A model generated the notes under the pieces. It saw nothing but the letters and a program-made list of their open reading frames with translations, did no database searches and was not told the DNA's origin. From Selaginella moellendorffii (lineage: Eukaryota > Plantae > Lycopodiophyta), in the NCBI RefSeq assembly GCF_000143415.4, contig NW_003314270.1, forward strand, positions 2,349,048-2,413,047: DNA of 64,000 bases. Direction: 5' to 3'. Below, in pieces: positions 22,986-35,500 of this stretch (positions are counted from its first letter, which is position 1; each line of letters starts with the position of its first letter). The position numbers and the translations under genes were made by a program.

Positions 22986-23849
22986 CTCTCGCCTCGAATC
23001 CCTGGCCTGCTACAAGCGATTCCTCGCCGTAATCTCGCGTTCTTGCCCTCTATCGCGCCGCCGGTCGTGATCCCCCACTCTACACCTGGAATTCATGGCT
23101 GCTCCTATCGATCCAGATGCCGCTACCGCGACCAAGCCCTACGCGAGACTCTCATCCTTCGATTCCTGCGGTTCCTAGAAGCTACCCGGAGCTAGATCTC
23201 TACTTCTTCCACTGTTCTTCCGGACAAGCTCCAAATTTCTCTATAGAACCTAACGAAGAATCCCTCTTCTTCTTCTTCTTCTTCGGGGCGAACGCCGGGG
23301 AGCGGGGAGACGCCGTACATCCCGCCACGTATATTCCTCAATCCAACGGTCACGGTGCCAAGAGGACGTGATCCGACGGCACCGCGCGACGGGAGATCGC
23401 TGCGGTTGGTGGGGGCGTCGGCGGAGCGATCGCCCGACCCAATTTCGCGCCATCTCTTTTGTATTTACATGGTTTGGCATTTATTAGAGATATAACATTA
23501 GTTTCAAATCAAACATTCCTTTTCCTTTCACTTTGTCTTTGTGAGGTTCTTTTTAAATTTTCGTGGGAAAGAAAGAAGCCCTAGTCCTTCCTACTGAAAG
23601 AGCTGTTCCATGGGCAACACGTTGCCACGTTGTAAGCAGTAGTTACATGCGTGCGATTCATGCAAATATACACAAGACTTGACAACCACCTAGAATATCA
23701 GATTTTTCCAGGCTTGATATTTTTGATAGCACGTCCTTCCAATACCCTACCAAAAATATAATCTTCTTAACCTTAACTCTCGAAACTTATTAAACTAAGT
23801 AACGCGATCAAACGTTTACGTTCATTGGAAAGTAAACAAACCAAGTACC

Positions 23850-26607
23850 TCAGACTTTAGAAGGTTCTCCCAGTAATTCATTCACAGAGCGCCTGAGAAG
23901 CTGGATGTGAAGAGAAATATAGTAAGGAAAGGAAGCAAGCTCTTTGAAACTGAGAAATGCAAGGATATTTTCTCGTCGTGCACGGGACTGTTGAGCAACA
24001 GCAGCTTGTTGTTTGCAACGATCGCCCTCACCAGAAGATCTGTGGCTTCCTCCTTCTTCTGCTTGAGCATCTTACACATCTAGAATGCGAAGGACATGAA
24101 AGGAGTTAACGTTAGGAGGTGAAACAAGCCCTTCACCTCCTCCAGAACTTCCGTGTAGCAGTCCACTTTGTCGACCACCTCGTTTTCAGGCTTCTCCAGC
24201 AGTGGAGGAGCAGGCTCCGGTCGCCACTCCATCTCTTGCGCCTGGAAAACTCTCCAAGATAAGTAGACTTCTTAGCAGGAACTACTTACAGCGATGGCCA
24301 GCGGGGGAAGAGCCTCCGGTCGCCACCCCATCTCTTGCGCCTGGAAAACTCTCCAAGGTAAGTAGACTTCTTTGCAGGAACGACTTACATCGATGGCCAG
24401 TGGGGGAGCAGGCTCCGGTCGCCACTCCATCTCTTGCACCTGGAAACTCTCCAAGATAAGTAGACTTCTTGCCAGGGACTACTTACATTGATGGCATCGA
24501 TGGCATCGATGGCAGGATTCTTCTCTCGAGCAGGAGGAGGTGATGAAGAATACTCGTCCACCGATCGTACCACATCTTTACCTTTGGATCCGTTGCTCTT
24601 CTCCTTTGCAGCATCAGAATGGTCCACCTCAAAGGAGTCCAGCTTATCTGCTGGAACCTAGGATGGAAAGAGATTAACATCGTTCTTTTCTCCTTCAAAA
24701 CAAACATACTCACATCTTTACTTGTGGATCCAGCGTCAGTGTTATTGTCATTCCTAGAATCCAGGCCGGAGAGGTCAACACGTAGCTTGTCTCGAGCAGC
24801 GGTTCGAGATACTGGAGAAGACTGTATCCTCAAGAACTTAGAGTTTGGCCTCAAGCAAAAAAAAAAAGACAACTCACATCTTTAGTTTTGGATCCGGTGT
24901 CAGCGTTCTTGTCATTCCTAGAATCCAGACCGGAGAGATCAGCACGCAGCTTGTCTCGAGCAGGCGTACGAGATACTGAAGAAGACTGTATCCTCAAGAA
25001 CTTAGAGCTTGGCTCAAGCAAAAAAAAAAGGAGCTTGGCTCAAGCAAACATAAAAGACAACTCACATCCTTAGTTTTGGATCCGGTGTCAGCGTTCTTGT
25101 CATTCCTAGAATCCAGGCCGGAGAGATCAACACGCAGCTTGTCTCGAGCAGGGGTACGAGATACTGGAGAAGACTGTATCCTCAAGAACTTAGAGCTTGG
25201 CCTCTCAAGCAAAAAACATAGAACTCACTTCTTTAGTTTTGGATCTAGTGTCAGCGTTCTTGTCATACCTAGAACCTAGGCCGGACAGATCAGCACGTAG
25301 CTTGCCTCTAGCAGGGAGACGAGATACTGGAGAAACAACGGGTCCTTTCTCCATCGACTATATCCTTCAAGAAGTTAGAGCCTGGCCTCTAAAGCAAAAT
25401 AAACAGGAGAACTCACTTCTTTAGTTTTGGATCCAGTGTCAGCGTTCTTGTCATTCCTAGAATCCAGACCGGAAATATCAACACGTAGCTTGTGTCGAGC
25501 AGGGGGGCGAGATGCTGGAGAAACAACAGCCATCGACTGTAACCTCAAGAACTTAGAGCTTGGTCTTTTAAGCAAAAACAAAAAAAGAACTCACGTCTTT
25601 AGTTTTGGATCCTCTGTCAGGGTTCTTGTCAGAATCCAGGCCGGAGATACGCAGCTTGTCTCGAGCAGGGGAACGAGATACCGGAGAAATCTCCATCGAC
25701 TGTATCCTCAAGAACTTAAAGCTTGGCCTCTAAACCAAAGAAAAAGAGAGAGAACTCACTTCTTTGGTTTTGGATCCAGTGTCAGCGTTCTTCTCATTCA
25801 TCGAATCCAGGCCGGAGAGATCAACGCGCAGCTTGTCTCGAGCAGGGGGGCGAGATACTGGAGAAATCTCCATCGACTGTATCCTCAAGAACTTAGAGCT
25901 TGCCTCTAAACCAGAACTCACTTCTTTAGTTTTGGATCCAGTCTCAGCGTTGTTGTCGGAGAGATCAGTGTCTCGAGCAGGGGGACGAGATACTGGAGAA
26001 ATATCCATCGACTGTATCCTAAAGAACTTGAGCCTCTAAACAAAAAAAAAGAGAAAAACTCACTTTGGATCCAGTGTCAGGGTTCTTGTCGGAGAGATCA
26101 ACGCGCAGCTTGTCTCGAGCAGGGGGACGACAAACTGGAGAAACCTCCATGGACTGTATCCTCAACTTAGAGCTTGGCCTTTAAACCGAGAACTCACTTC
26201 TTTAGTTTTGGATCCAGTGTCAGCGTTCTTCTCCATCGTAGCGTCAATGCCAGGGAGATCGAGATCGATATTAAACGAGGCTAGCTTGTTAAAACCTCCA
26301 TCAAGGTCCAAATCCATATCGCTGCAACAAGATTCATCGCATCGATCAATCACGTCCGCAAGCAAGAAACGATCAGAATCCATCCACTCACAATTTGGAG
26401 AGATCAAACGTCTTCCCGGTCTTGGCCATGGGCCGAGGCGGCGAGTCGTCAAGATCCAGCCCCGGCGCCGCGCCGAGCTTCCCAGGCTTCCAAGACGTGA
26501 GGAAATCGTCCCCCAAATCATCGCCTGCGCCATAATCCACAGTAAAACACCCGCATTCTACCGTCATCGAGAGAGATCTTACCGAAGCTCCCGGCCGCCT
26601 TCCCCAT
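23850..26607 (-). CDS. At4g18490-like uncharacterised protein, copy A (18 exons, 600 aa) with tandem repeat exons
   Basis: The N-terminus [37 protein letters not shown] and C-terminus [38 protein letters not shown] match the At4g18490 family as recalled. Exons: 26583-26607, 26392-26524, 26198-26321, 26064-26153, 25922-26011, 25760-25876, 25595-25699, 25417-25536, 25229-25357, 25066-25173, 24878-24985, 24714-24821, 24487-24657, 24389-24439, 24290-24340, 24137-24241, 23969-24079, 23850-23906; total 1803 nt, open. Confidence 0.85.
23907..23968 (-). other. U12-type (minor spliceosome) AT-AC intron
   Basis: 5' splice site ATATCCTT, branch TTCCTTAC ~13 nt before 3' splice site ..TTCAC; removal gives in-frame HDEK|[18 protein letters not shown]. 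Confidence 0.88.
24202..24486. repeat. Tandem ~99-bp intron+exon repeat (3 units; xQEMxWRPExxPPL)
   Basis: Directly visible; 51-nt phase-0 exons. Confidence 0.9.
24714..26197. repeat. Tandem ~135-190-bp intron+exon repeat (9 units; [33 protein letters not shown])
   Basis: Each unit on the - strand is a GTGAGT..YAG intron (usually with CTAAG and GATACAG) plus a phase-0 exon. Confidence 0.92.
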
Positions 26608-26649
26608 CGCCTTCCCGCCAAAGCCCACCCAGAGAACCCTAGTTTAAAC

Positions 26650-27021
26650 ATTTTCCTCTTAAATTGTCTTGTCACTGGAGAGAGTTTTTCTGGCGCTCTT
26701 GGGCAGTGTCGATTTTTCTACCTCGCCGTTTCCTACTTCGCTCGTGGATGCTGAAGCAGCCGAGACCGCTGAGGGAAATGGATCCGAGGACGCTGTCTGT
26801 GACTTTTTAAGTTCTCCACGAGCTCGATGATCCTGTCGAGAACTTGCAATGCACGCTCCACCTCTGAGTCGATGTGGATGACCTCTGGGGCTTGGAGTTT
26901 CTCGGCACTAAATCGCTCTACCAGCTCGAAGCTCCTTCCTTTACTTCTTCGAATTTGCGAGTGGCAGTGTCACCGGTGATTCTCTTCATCTTCATTTGCT
27001 TCCTTGATGCGATGGTACAAG
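26650..27021 (-). pseudogene. Decayed fragment of the START-like gene last exon
   Basis: Reverse complement of ~18451-18915 with several deletions (e.g. TCCTTGATGCGATGGTACAA; GAACTTGCAATGCACGCTCCACCTCTGAGTCGATGTGGATGACCTC). Confidence 0.88.
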
Positions 27022-30000
27022 TTTGAGTTTCTTAAATTTTTCTTGAATGATCGTAGGCCGGTGGAACTTCACTTGAAATTGCTTGTGAATGTTCCACTTT
27101 CTGACAGAGAAAAATAAATTGACTGCTCAAGCTGGGTAACATAAATTCTAGCATTATTCAAACTAAAAAGCATTAACAAAAACTCATATAAACTGTATAT
27201 TGTTTAATATGCAATTTTGAGGATGTTCTTATTGGCCAATTACTGTTGGGTAGTATCCAAATACTAATATTCAATAAGCACATGAGGAGATAATTAATTT
27301 AATATACTTCTTTACAAACTACATTTGAATATTAAATTCTATCATCTAAGAAGGAATTCCCACTATGCTACCCTCTCACCACTGCATTGATTGTAAGCAG
27401 TTTTTGTTATACTGGGATGCAATTTAACTTTGGAAATACATATAAAATAGAGGGAGTCTCAATATCAAAGGATGACATGATCATTTATGGGCAAATGGAA
27501 TGTGCTTGGGAAATATTGGGCATAATAGAGAAAGGAAGTTGTTGTGAGATAGGAGGCTAAGTATTGTTATAAAATCAAAGAGCTTGTGCAGTTATGGGGT
27601 GTAAACTATTTAATCTATAATTCTCTCTTTGTAATATTTAGGTAGCACTTGCCATGGGTCTCTCTACAAACAAACCATCTAAAGAAGTTCTTGATCATGA
27701 TCTAATGCATTTTCATTTTCATTTTGACTCATGCTAAATTATTATCTATTACTGTTCTAAAGTTCCTACTTTAGGCTATCAACCATCCTCTTGCACTAGT
27801 TTCTTAGACAAGGAAGATATAAAAGAAGTTGATACACCTATCCAAATCACTCTATAAAGTGTTATTATTCCTAATTCAAGATCACACAACTTGTTGAAGA
27901 TCATCCATGTTTCATAATGGACGTCCACCATTTGTAAAGGATTTTAAAGATCCCAACTTTATCAGCTAGTATGCTTGCAAAACCAAAGTGAGCTTAATAA
28001 AAGGAAGTTTTGGAGTACCTAAAGCAAATATAAATATCCAATAACATCTAATGGCTTGTTGAATTTGACCCATACTTGGAACAACCATAGAATCTAGCAT
28101 GGAAACAACTTACTTTGTACTAGATATACAATATCACACTTCATCTTATGTAGTGCTACACTCTTAAACAATTGTTTTGGGCATAACTACTATAAATGGC
28201 TTCAAAATTGAATCAACAAGATGTTATATTATTTTGTATAACTCTTACAATACAAATTGTGACACACATCATATGCATCACAACGTTTGAGCAGTGACCA
28301 ACTTTTACATTGCTCCATAGAGTCCTTAATACCAAATAAATAAATATAACCCAAGCAAGAGATGAAGATAAGTTTTTAATGCTAGGTGGGAAAGGAGGGA
28401 TTACCTTGATAAAGTATCAAATAGTGCATAACTAACTGCTCCTAGAGCTTGTCATGTTGTGCCATCTTGAAAATAAAAGAAAGCACTGGGGAGAAAAAAG
28501 AGTAAATTAAAGATTCTATACCTTGCTTGCCTTAATTCAGTTTGTCTTAAATTATAAAGTTAGTTTGTTGCATTGACTTCTCATAAGCCAGCACCAATAT
28601 CCATGCACTAGTACCAAATATAATTATAATTAACAATCCCTTATCTAAAGTATATGCATTCTAAAGACAGTTGCAAGTGCTAAGATGATGTGGATCATCA
28701 GCACTTAAAACAATCTCAACCTGATCTTGAATGTGAATTTCTTTAGACTCTAGCCAATTTGCATTTGAGAGTGAGAAGATTGAGGAGGTACCAGTCAACA
28801 AGACTTTTTTTCCCATTGAGACCTTTATATGCCATGTTTTTTATTTGAATACTATCATGTATAAAATCATAGTTATAAAGACAAACTAAAAATAATGAAG
28901 TTTGAGCCTTAGATCCACTTAACTTTGATAGGCATAAAGCTTGATACTTTTCGTTTAAATAGGAATTGGGTGGTTGCTCTTGTTTCTACTAACTGATATA
29001 TTTGCCTCCCATTGATCATTAAACTTCATGCACAATTATTTTATAATCCTGTAAAATTCTTAATGTTAAAATTAAAAACAAAAAACAAAAAAAATATCAA
29101 AGGTATTATCAAAACTCACTTATGTTCTCACTCCTTTAACTTTAACAAATCTTGAGGAATATGTGGTAGTATAGCATGGACACCCTTTTTACATCCATAG
29201 ACTTTATACCAATTCCAAACTTAAATATATTGTCCTTGTCTTGTAGCAAGTTTTGGTATAAGAACCTTTGAAAAGTTATGAAGATCTAGAGGATTAGTTG
29301 GATCAAAATATTGCTCAAACTCCAACGTCTAGAGAAAATGCTAATAAAACTATTTGAAACACTCACATTTCTATCATTTATAAAATGGGAAAAAAGTCAT
29401 ATAAAATTGTGGATAATGGGAAGAACTTACTTAATTACATATGAAAGGTCCTTGAATGAATGAATTTCTACTTCAAACCTCATACAATATTTATGTTTTC
29501 CTTGATATAGTTATAAAATTTGGCAAAGTCATCTTTAATAGTCTTATTGTTGAAGTGTAAAGGTTGTAGATAATATCCTCTCATATATTAGTGCACAAAA
29601 TAATAATAATTATATAGTGGAATACCCATCTATTATTGCATGAACCCATAGGTTTTATTGTGTTAATTTACACCAACCTAGAGGAATAAAAAAAAGTGTG
29701 TTAGAATTCAAGTATTTAGAAGAATCTGTTATGTGTCACATATATATAGGGGCTGTAATATTGTACAATTGGTAATCTATCACCTATAGGAAACATCTTC
29801 CATAGCCTTTTAGGTTGACAAAGATAAATGTCTCATAGTCTTTCTTGGTGAAGACTTTAAAACAAACTTATTAATGATTTATACATATTCTAGACTCTAA
29901 TGGGATCAGCTCTTGAAGCTTTGCTACAATTTGTTGTGAACATAAACTTTATGCCAACCAAATTGGTGCAATGTCTAGAAGTATTATTGGGTGGTGCCTA

Positions 30001-32535
30001 ATGCATGGCTTATTTGCTTTAAATTGCAATCACAAAGAAGATAATGTCAAACAAACTTCACTATCATATCTTTTTTATGATTCTAATTCGTTCCAAATTG
30101 CAAATAAAGGAATATCTATCTTGTCCTCATTGTTGATCTCTACACTACTAGTGCTATTTACTATCATAAGTGCTATTCTCACTATTAGTTACAATCTACA
30201 ATTGCTAGAACTGGTATGGACATTATCTTTCATACAACAATTTATACATAACAATAAAAGTGATCCTTATTAGTTGCCCCAACAATCAAGTAGAACCCTA
30301 ATGGAGCCAACTCTGTTACATTGACAAAGCCCTAGTAACCAATGATTGCCATGGTGCCAACATTCTGAAGGCCTAATTTGTAAAGAAATAAGAATATGTA
30401 AAAGTAGAAAAGGGACTAGCTCAAGCATATTATTTATAAGGTGAAACCTTGAGCCACTTTATGGACTTTTTTTTGGAGATATTATGTATTATTTGATTCA
30501 CACAGCTTTTTATAATGGTAATATTATGCAAATTGAATTTAAACAACTTATTGAACATTTTAAGATAGATTTTCAAGATGAAAAAGCTTTTATCAAGTAT
30601 TTTAAGATGACTAGAAGGAGAAAGTTGGTAAGTAAATCATTATTTTAACATGTAATTATTTTATTTGACAAATAAATCTGATAAGGTGTTCCATACCAAT
30701 ATAAAAGCTAGTCTTTAGTTGGAGAAAAAGTATACTCACAATCAAAGGATAGATTATACAGTTTACCAATTTAATACCAAGTTTATGAGAAGTATTGCTT
30801 TACTAGTTATTATAAAGATCATGGTTTTATTCAAAATTATAAATATAAAAAAATAATTGTACTGTAATTCTTAAAACAAAAACTGTTAACAACTCTCAAG
30901 TAAAATTCAACAAGGAAAATACTTATAAATTTATGTACAATCCTCTTCAAATCTAGCTATATGATATCTTATAATAAGATATGAAGAACATAGTGATTAA
31001 GCTTCTTTGACTTCTACAATACAGGACTATTTTTGTGTTTGGCAACATCAAGTTTATAAAGCTGCTCATGAAAGATTATGTTAATTTACAATAATGTATA
31101 GATAAGAAATTTACTAGATATGGTGAAATTATTTAGATTTACTTAATTATTAGTTGGTCAAGGAATTCTTTCCAATAGCAAGTATCTTGGATTTGTTAAT
31201 TTATATGTGGTGAACTTTTCTAAAAAGTTTATTAATTTTTCAAATTCTATTGGAAATAGTTTTATATTATAATTATATATAGGATTTATTTTCATAGTGA
31301 TTTGATGCACCCAAGAATATTATTAAGGGTTTTAGCATGTAACTCACTTTAAAAGGAAAGTTATTGCTACACAACTTTACACTAAGTACTAAGGTTACAC
31401 TAGATTTACCAATACTTTTAGAACTATATTAAACAAGCCAAACTAATTTATCCATACTAATTTAAATGACATAATGATAATTTAGGGTATCTAAAAGAAA
31501 TAATATATTTTATAGCCAATTATATGTAAATATGTTTTCTCATATAAAACAAAATAGAACTCTAGGTGTGAGTGCATGGAATATGGAAAAGAAATACAGA
31601 AAATGTACGTATCAATTAGCCCAAAAACCCTAACTTATATACAAAAGCAAGTGGTTTGAATTGAAACCAACCCGATGGCTACCAAAATTCCACTATATTA
31701 ATATTAATATATGGCATCGTAGCTATACACTTGGACCTGACATCATCCCCTCTATTTGAAATAATGGAATACTATCAAGGTTCTCTTGTAGATGGGCCGG
31801 GATCTGAAGGAACATTAGAAGGAGGCATCAGTGGATTTGTAGGTGGTATTAGCTATTCTTGATCCCTTTGTACAAAGCATTTCAACCACTACACATTTAT
31901 AATTTTTGAAGGATTGGTCTATTGGATGTCATATCGAACCTCATAAAATTGTGGTTTAACTTGCCACAACACCCGATACAGTCAAGGAGCCCCTTAGATA
32001 AACCACATACACCAAGTCATCCACTTTGTACTCCGCAGGTGGACAATGATGAGAGTTGTAACGCCATTGTTGTCCCACTTGTATATGGCCTAAGTGTTCA
32101 GTAGACTCTGCTCGGACAAGTGAAAGAATGCTTGTCAAATACTGATCCCATGACCTAGCATCGGCAGTTCGTGGCAATTGCGAAAGTAAACCCAACTTTG
32201 TTGGTAATATTGGATTATGACCATATAGAAGTTTATATGGTGAAGCATCAACAGAACTTTGCACCCTTGTGACATATGCATACCGAAGAGATGGCAAATA
32301 ACCATCTCAATCTGAATGCTGAAAGTTCATGTACTTTATGATCATCCCTTTGAACATCCGAACAAGCCATTCCATAAAACCGTTTGATTATGAATGATAA
32401 GCACTCGTGAAAGTGTAGCGTATCCCCAACTAAGACATCAAAACATGAAATGCCTCAACCATAAATGTGGAACCATTATCCAAAACTGTTTTGGACAAGA
32501 ATGTTAGAACACCACTCAATTGAGGAAGAAGTATA

Positions 32536-35500
32536 TGTAAGCCACAAATTTTTCCTTTCCAATTTGCCAGCTTACCTCATCTATCCAACCCACACTGCCT
32601 TGGCTTTTGCTAAGTTCCCTCGCCAAAGTTCCCGCCTATTGTACCAGCTCTTACTTGGTCCTACTTGGTTTCAGCTACTCACTGCACGAGCAATAGAGTG
32701 TTAGCCATCCATCTACGGATTCCCAAATCTCTCCCAATCACCCTCCCCGGGTTAGACTGAACTTAAGGTTCAGCTACACTCCCTGCAGGCATAAATAACC
32801 AAGCACACCAAACCTCCAGGTTCCTAACATCCCTTGGTACAACAAGACTTGATCATGGGACCCTCTAATTCCTAAGCCTTGGGTGCAACACTTGCTTCGG
32901 GACACCGAGGCAAAACATCGTGGCCTAACCACCTGGTATGGGTACCTCAACCCCCCCCCCCACACACACACACTTCTATCCCGAAGAGAAAGCCCAAGCC
33001 CCTAGGAAGGGTGAGGATCAATGAGCCACAAGGTACTCAAGTGGGGCACCACTCCATATGAGCCGGGAGCACCGCAGTCGATTTCCCTTTTAGGAGTGGG
33101 AGCTGCTCTTGAGCACTTCCTTGGGTGGCCCCTCCAGCACCACCCGAATCCATGCTCACTCCCACCCAGTCTCAACCTCAAGTCAGTTTGGAAGCACCAC
33201 TGCCCCCCCCCCCGGGAGACGCACGCTTTGGGCTTTCACCCCTTGACCTATATTAGTACTCGGACTCGGTCTCGATCTTAGACCTGACTTTGGACTCGGT
33301 CTCGGACTCGATCTCGGACTCGACTTCGGACTCAACCTCGCACTTGGTCTTGAACTCGGTCTCCGAGTTGGCCTTGGACTCGATCCCAGACTCTATCTCA
33401 AACTCAATCTCAGAGTTGGTCTTGGACTCGATCTCAACTCAGTCCCATCCCATAAACTCTTTATCATTTCGGTCATGCTTTTGGGGATCTTTTAGCCTAC
33501 GACACATCGAGGAGTTGGTTCCTTACAACTCCACCACCCATAGAAGAAGTTCGATGCCCACATCAAATGTCTCTTTTAAAATCCTACGACTTGTTGACCA
33601 TGTCTCCGGGGGCATCCCCCCACTTAGCAATGAATGCCTAAGTTAGCCTCCCTAGCCAAGAGCCCATGACAACGGAATATAGGTGTCCCTATACCCCTCA
33701 CCTCACCATGCCCTAGTATGGGGTCGGGACTTGAACCTAGCCTTGGTTTACTAGGGGGTTGAGACTCGAACCCAACCTCCGTAGAATACGTTTAAGGATT
33801 CGACATCCCTGTAGGGAGTCGGGCATAGTGCCCTACGCCTGGTCGACCTAGCTAACCCATGCTAATTAGCTTACCTTCGGTGCACCTTCAGGTCCCAACA
33901 TATACCATTGCTCAACTTCACAAATTGATACTTTTTAATTAAACTTTGCATAAGTACATAGAGTCTGCCATGTAGAAATTCCTCCATTAGATCTTGCACA
34001 ATTGCTAAGTTCTCCTCTGGTTCCCATGTTGCTTTGCAGTGTGGAAATCCTTTCCACTTCACATGGAACTCTCTCACTTTGCGTCCTTGTCACTTGCTCT
34101 TGCGTGCATTGAGGATGGCCTCGACTTTGTATTCCTCTTCCCCTTGGATAACCTCAGGTAAAGGTCTTATTTGGTCCTTGCGAAGCAGATCCTCAAAGTA
34201 CGGCTTGAGTAAGTTCACGTGGAACACTGGGTGCATCTTCCCCATCTCTTGAGGAAGTCGGAGACAGTAAGCCACTTTACTGATTCGTGCCTCAATCTCG
34301 TAAGGCCCCGCAAACCTGCTTAAGGAACTCAAGATCAATTCATTTACAGGAATACATGCATTTTACCTTTGGGTCAACTTCTAGCTGATCCCACTTGGTA
34401 GCTTGAGGTTCTTGGTGTTTAGCCACACCTTCTCCCCAGCTTGGAACTCCACATCTTGGTGTTTCTAGTTCACATACTTAGTTTGCCTTTGTTGAGCCTG
34501 TTCTAAGGAATCCCTCACTAGATTCTAAATGTTGAGTCTCGCTGCCGTGAATGCCTCCACTGCAAGTAACTCTCCATGATACTCGGCCATGCCAAGTTCC
34601 ACAGGACCTTCAATAGCTTGCCCATTAATGACTTCCTATAGACTCACCCCGATACTCGAGTGTGGTGAGTTGTTATAGCACATTTCCGCAAGTCCCAAAT
34701 GACTTACCCAATCAGTCTGGTCTCCCGAGACATAGCATCGCAAATAGTCCTCCAACTGCCTATTCACCCTTTTCATTTGTCCATCTGTCAAGAAAAGTTA
34801 GTGCCATTCAACTTGACTTAATACCCAATACCTGTCTGTGGGTGATAGGTTGTGCTCAACTTGGTGCGATACTATTCCAGAAGAGTTCTCCAGAACCTGC
34901 TAGTGAAGATTTTATCTCAATCTAAGATGATCTCCTCTAGCCTTCCCCGCACTCGAACCACTTGTTTGAAAAACAGCTTCGCCACACCTTCTGCATCCAC
35001 TTCCGTTGTGGTGGGTATGAAATATGCCATCTTTAAAAATTGGTCCACCACCACGAATATCACATCAAACCCGGGGAGTCCCGTGATGAAGTCTATCATA
35101 AGACATTTCCACGGACGATCTAGAATTGAGATGCTTTGTAACAAGCCCCCACTAGCCTTAGTCACGGCTTTGACCTGCTGACATGTTGGACATGTCTTTA
35201 CATAGTCTTGGACATCCTTAGCCATATCTGGCTAGTGGTACTTCCTCTTGAGTAAGCCCATCGTCTTGGGCACTCTGCCGTGTCTCGCAAGATGTCCGTC
35301 ATGACACTCTTCTAAGGCTACCTTAGTTCCCCTTCCTTAGTTCCCCTTCTGTAACATACACCCTCATTTACTTGTAATAAATGAGTCCGTTGTGTTTCGC
35401 ATAGCCCGTTTCCTCTTTTGTTGGCAGCTCACCTCTCTGGTGAGCTTCCTATACCTCTAGATTCCTCAGCAACAGTTTTTGTGCTAGACCATCGTTTTCA

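Larger units (their letters stand above)
22803..31826. repeat. Segmental duplication, copy A (paralogous to 51861->64000)
   Basis: Collinear near-identity from TCTGGCGGCCCTC (22803/51861) through the At4g18490-like gene, the AT-rich block and the short LTR to the window end. Confidence 0.95.

Noticed and set aside
24700-26220. Possible CRISPR-like array or plus-strand repeat ORFs ([13 protein letters not shown]..)
   Set aside because: Units are homologous along their whole length with no unique spacers, the context is eukaryotic, and the splice signals and frame preservation are on the minus strand; the plus-strand ORFs are shadows.
29971-30273. 100-aa hydrophobic ORF also present at 62253-62564
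   Set aside because: Its conservation only reflects the duplication; the 3' ends differ by an indel and no motif is recognisable in this AT-rich DNA.
33290-33646. Ser/Asp-rich ORF (and Glu/Ile-rich ORF at 39460-39738)
   Set aside because: Translations of the LTR minisatellite.
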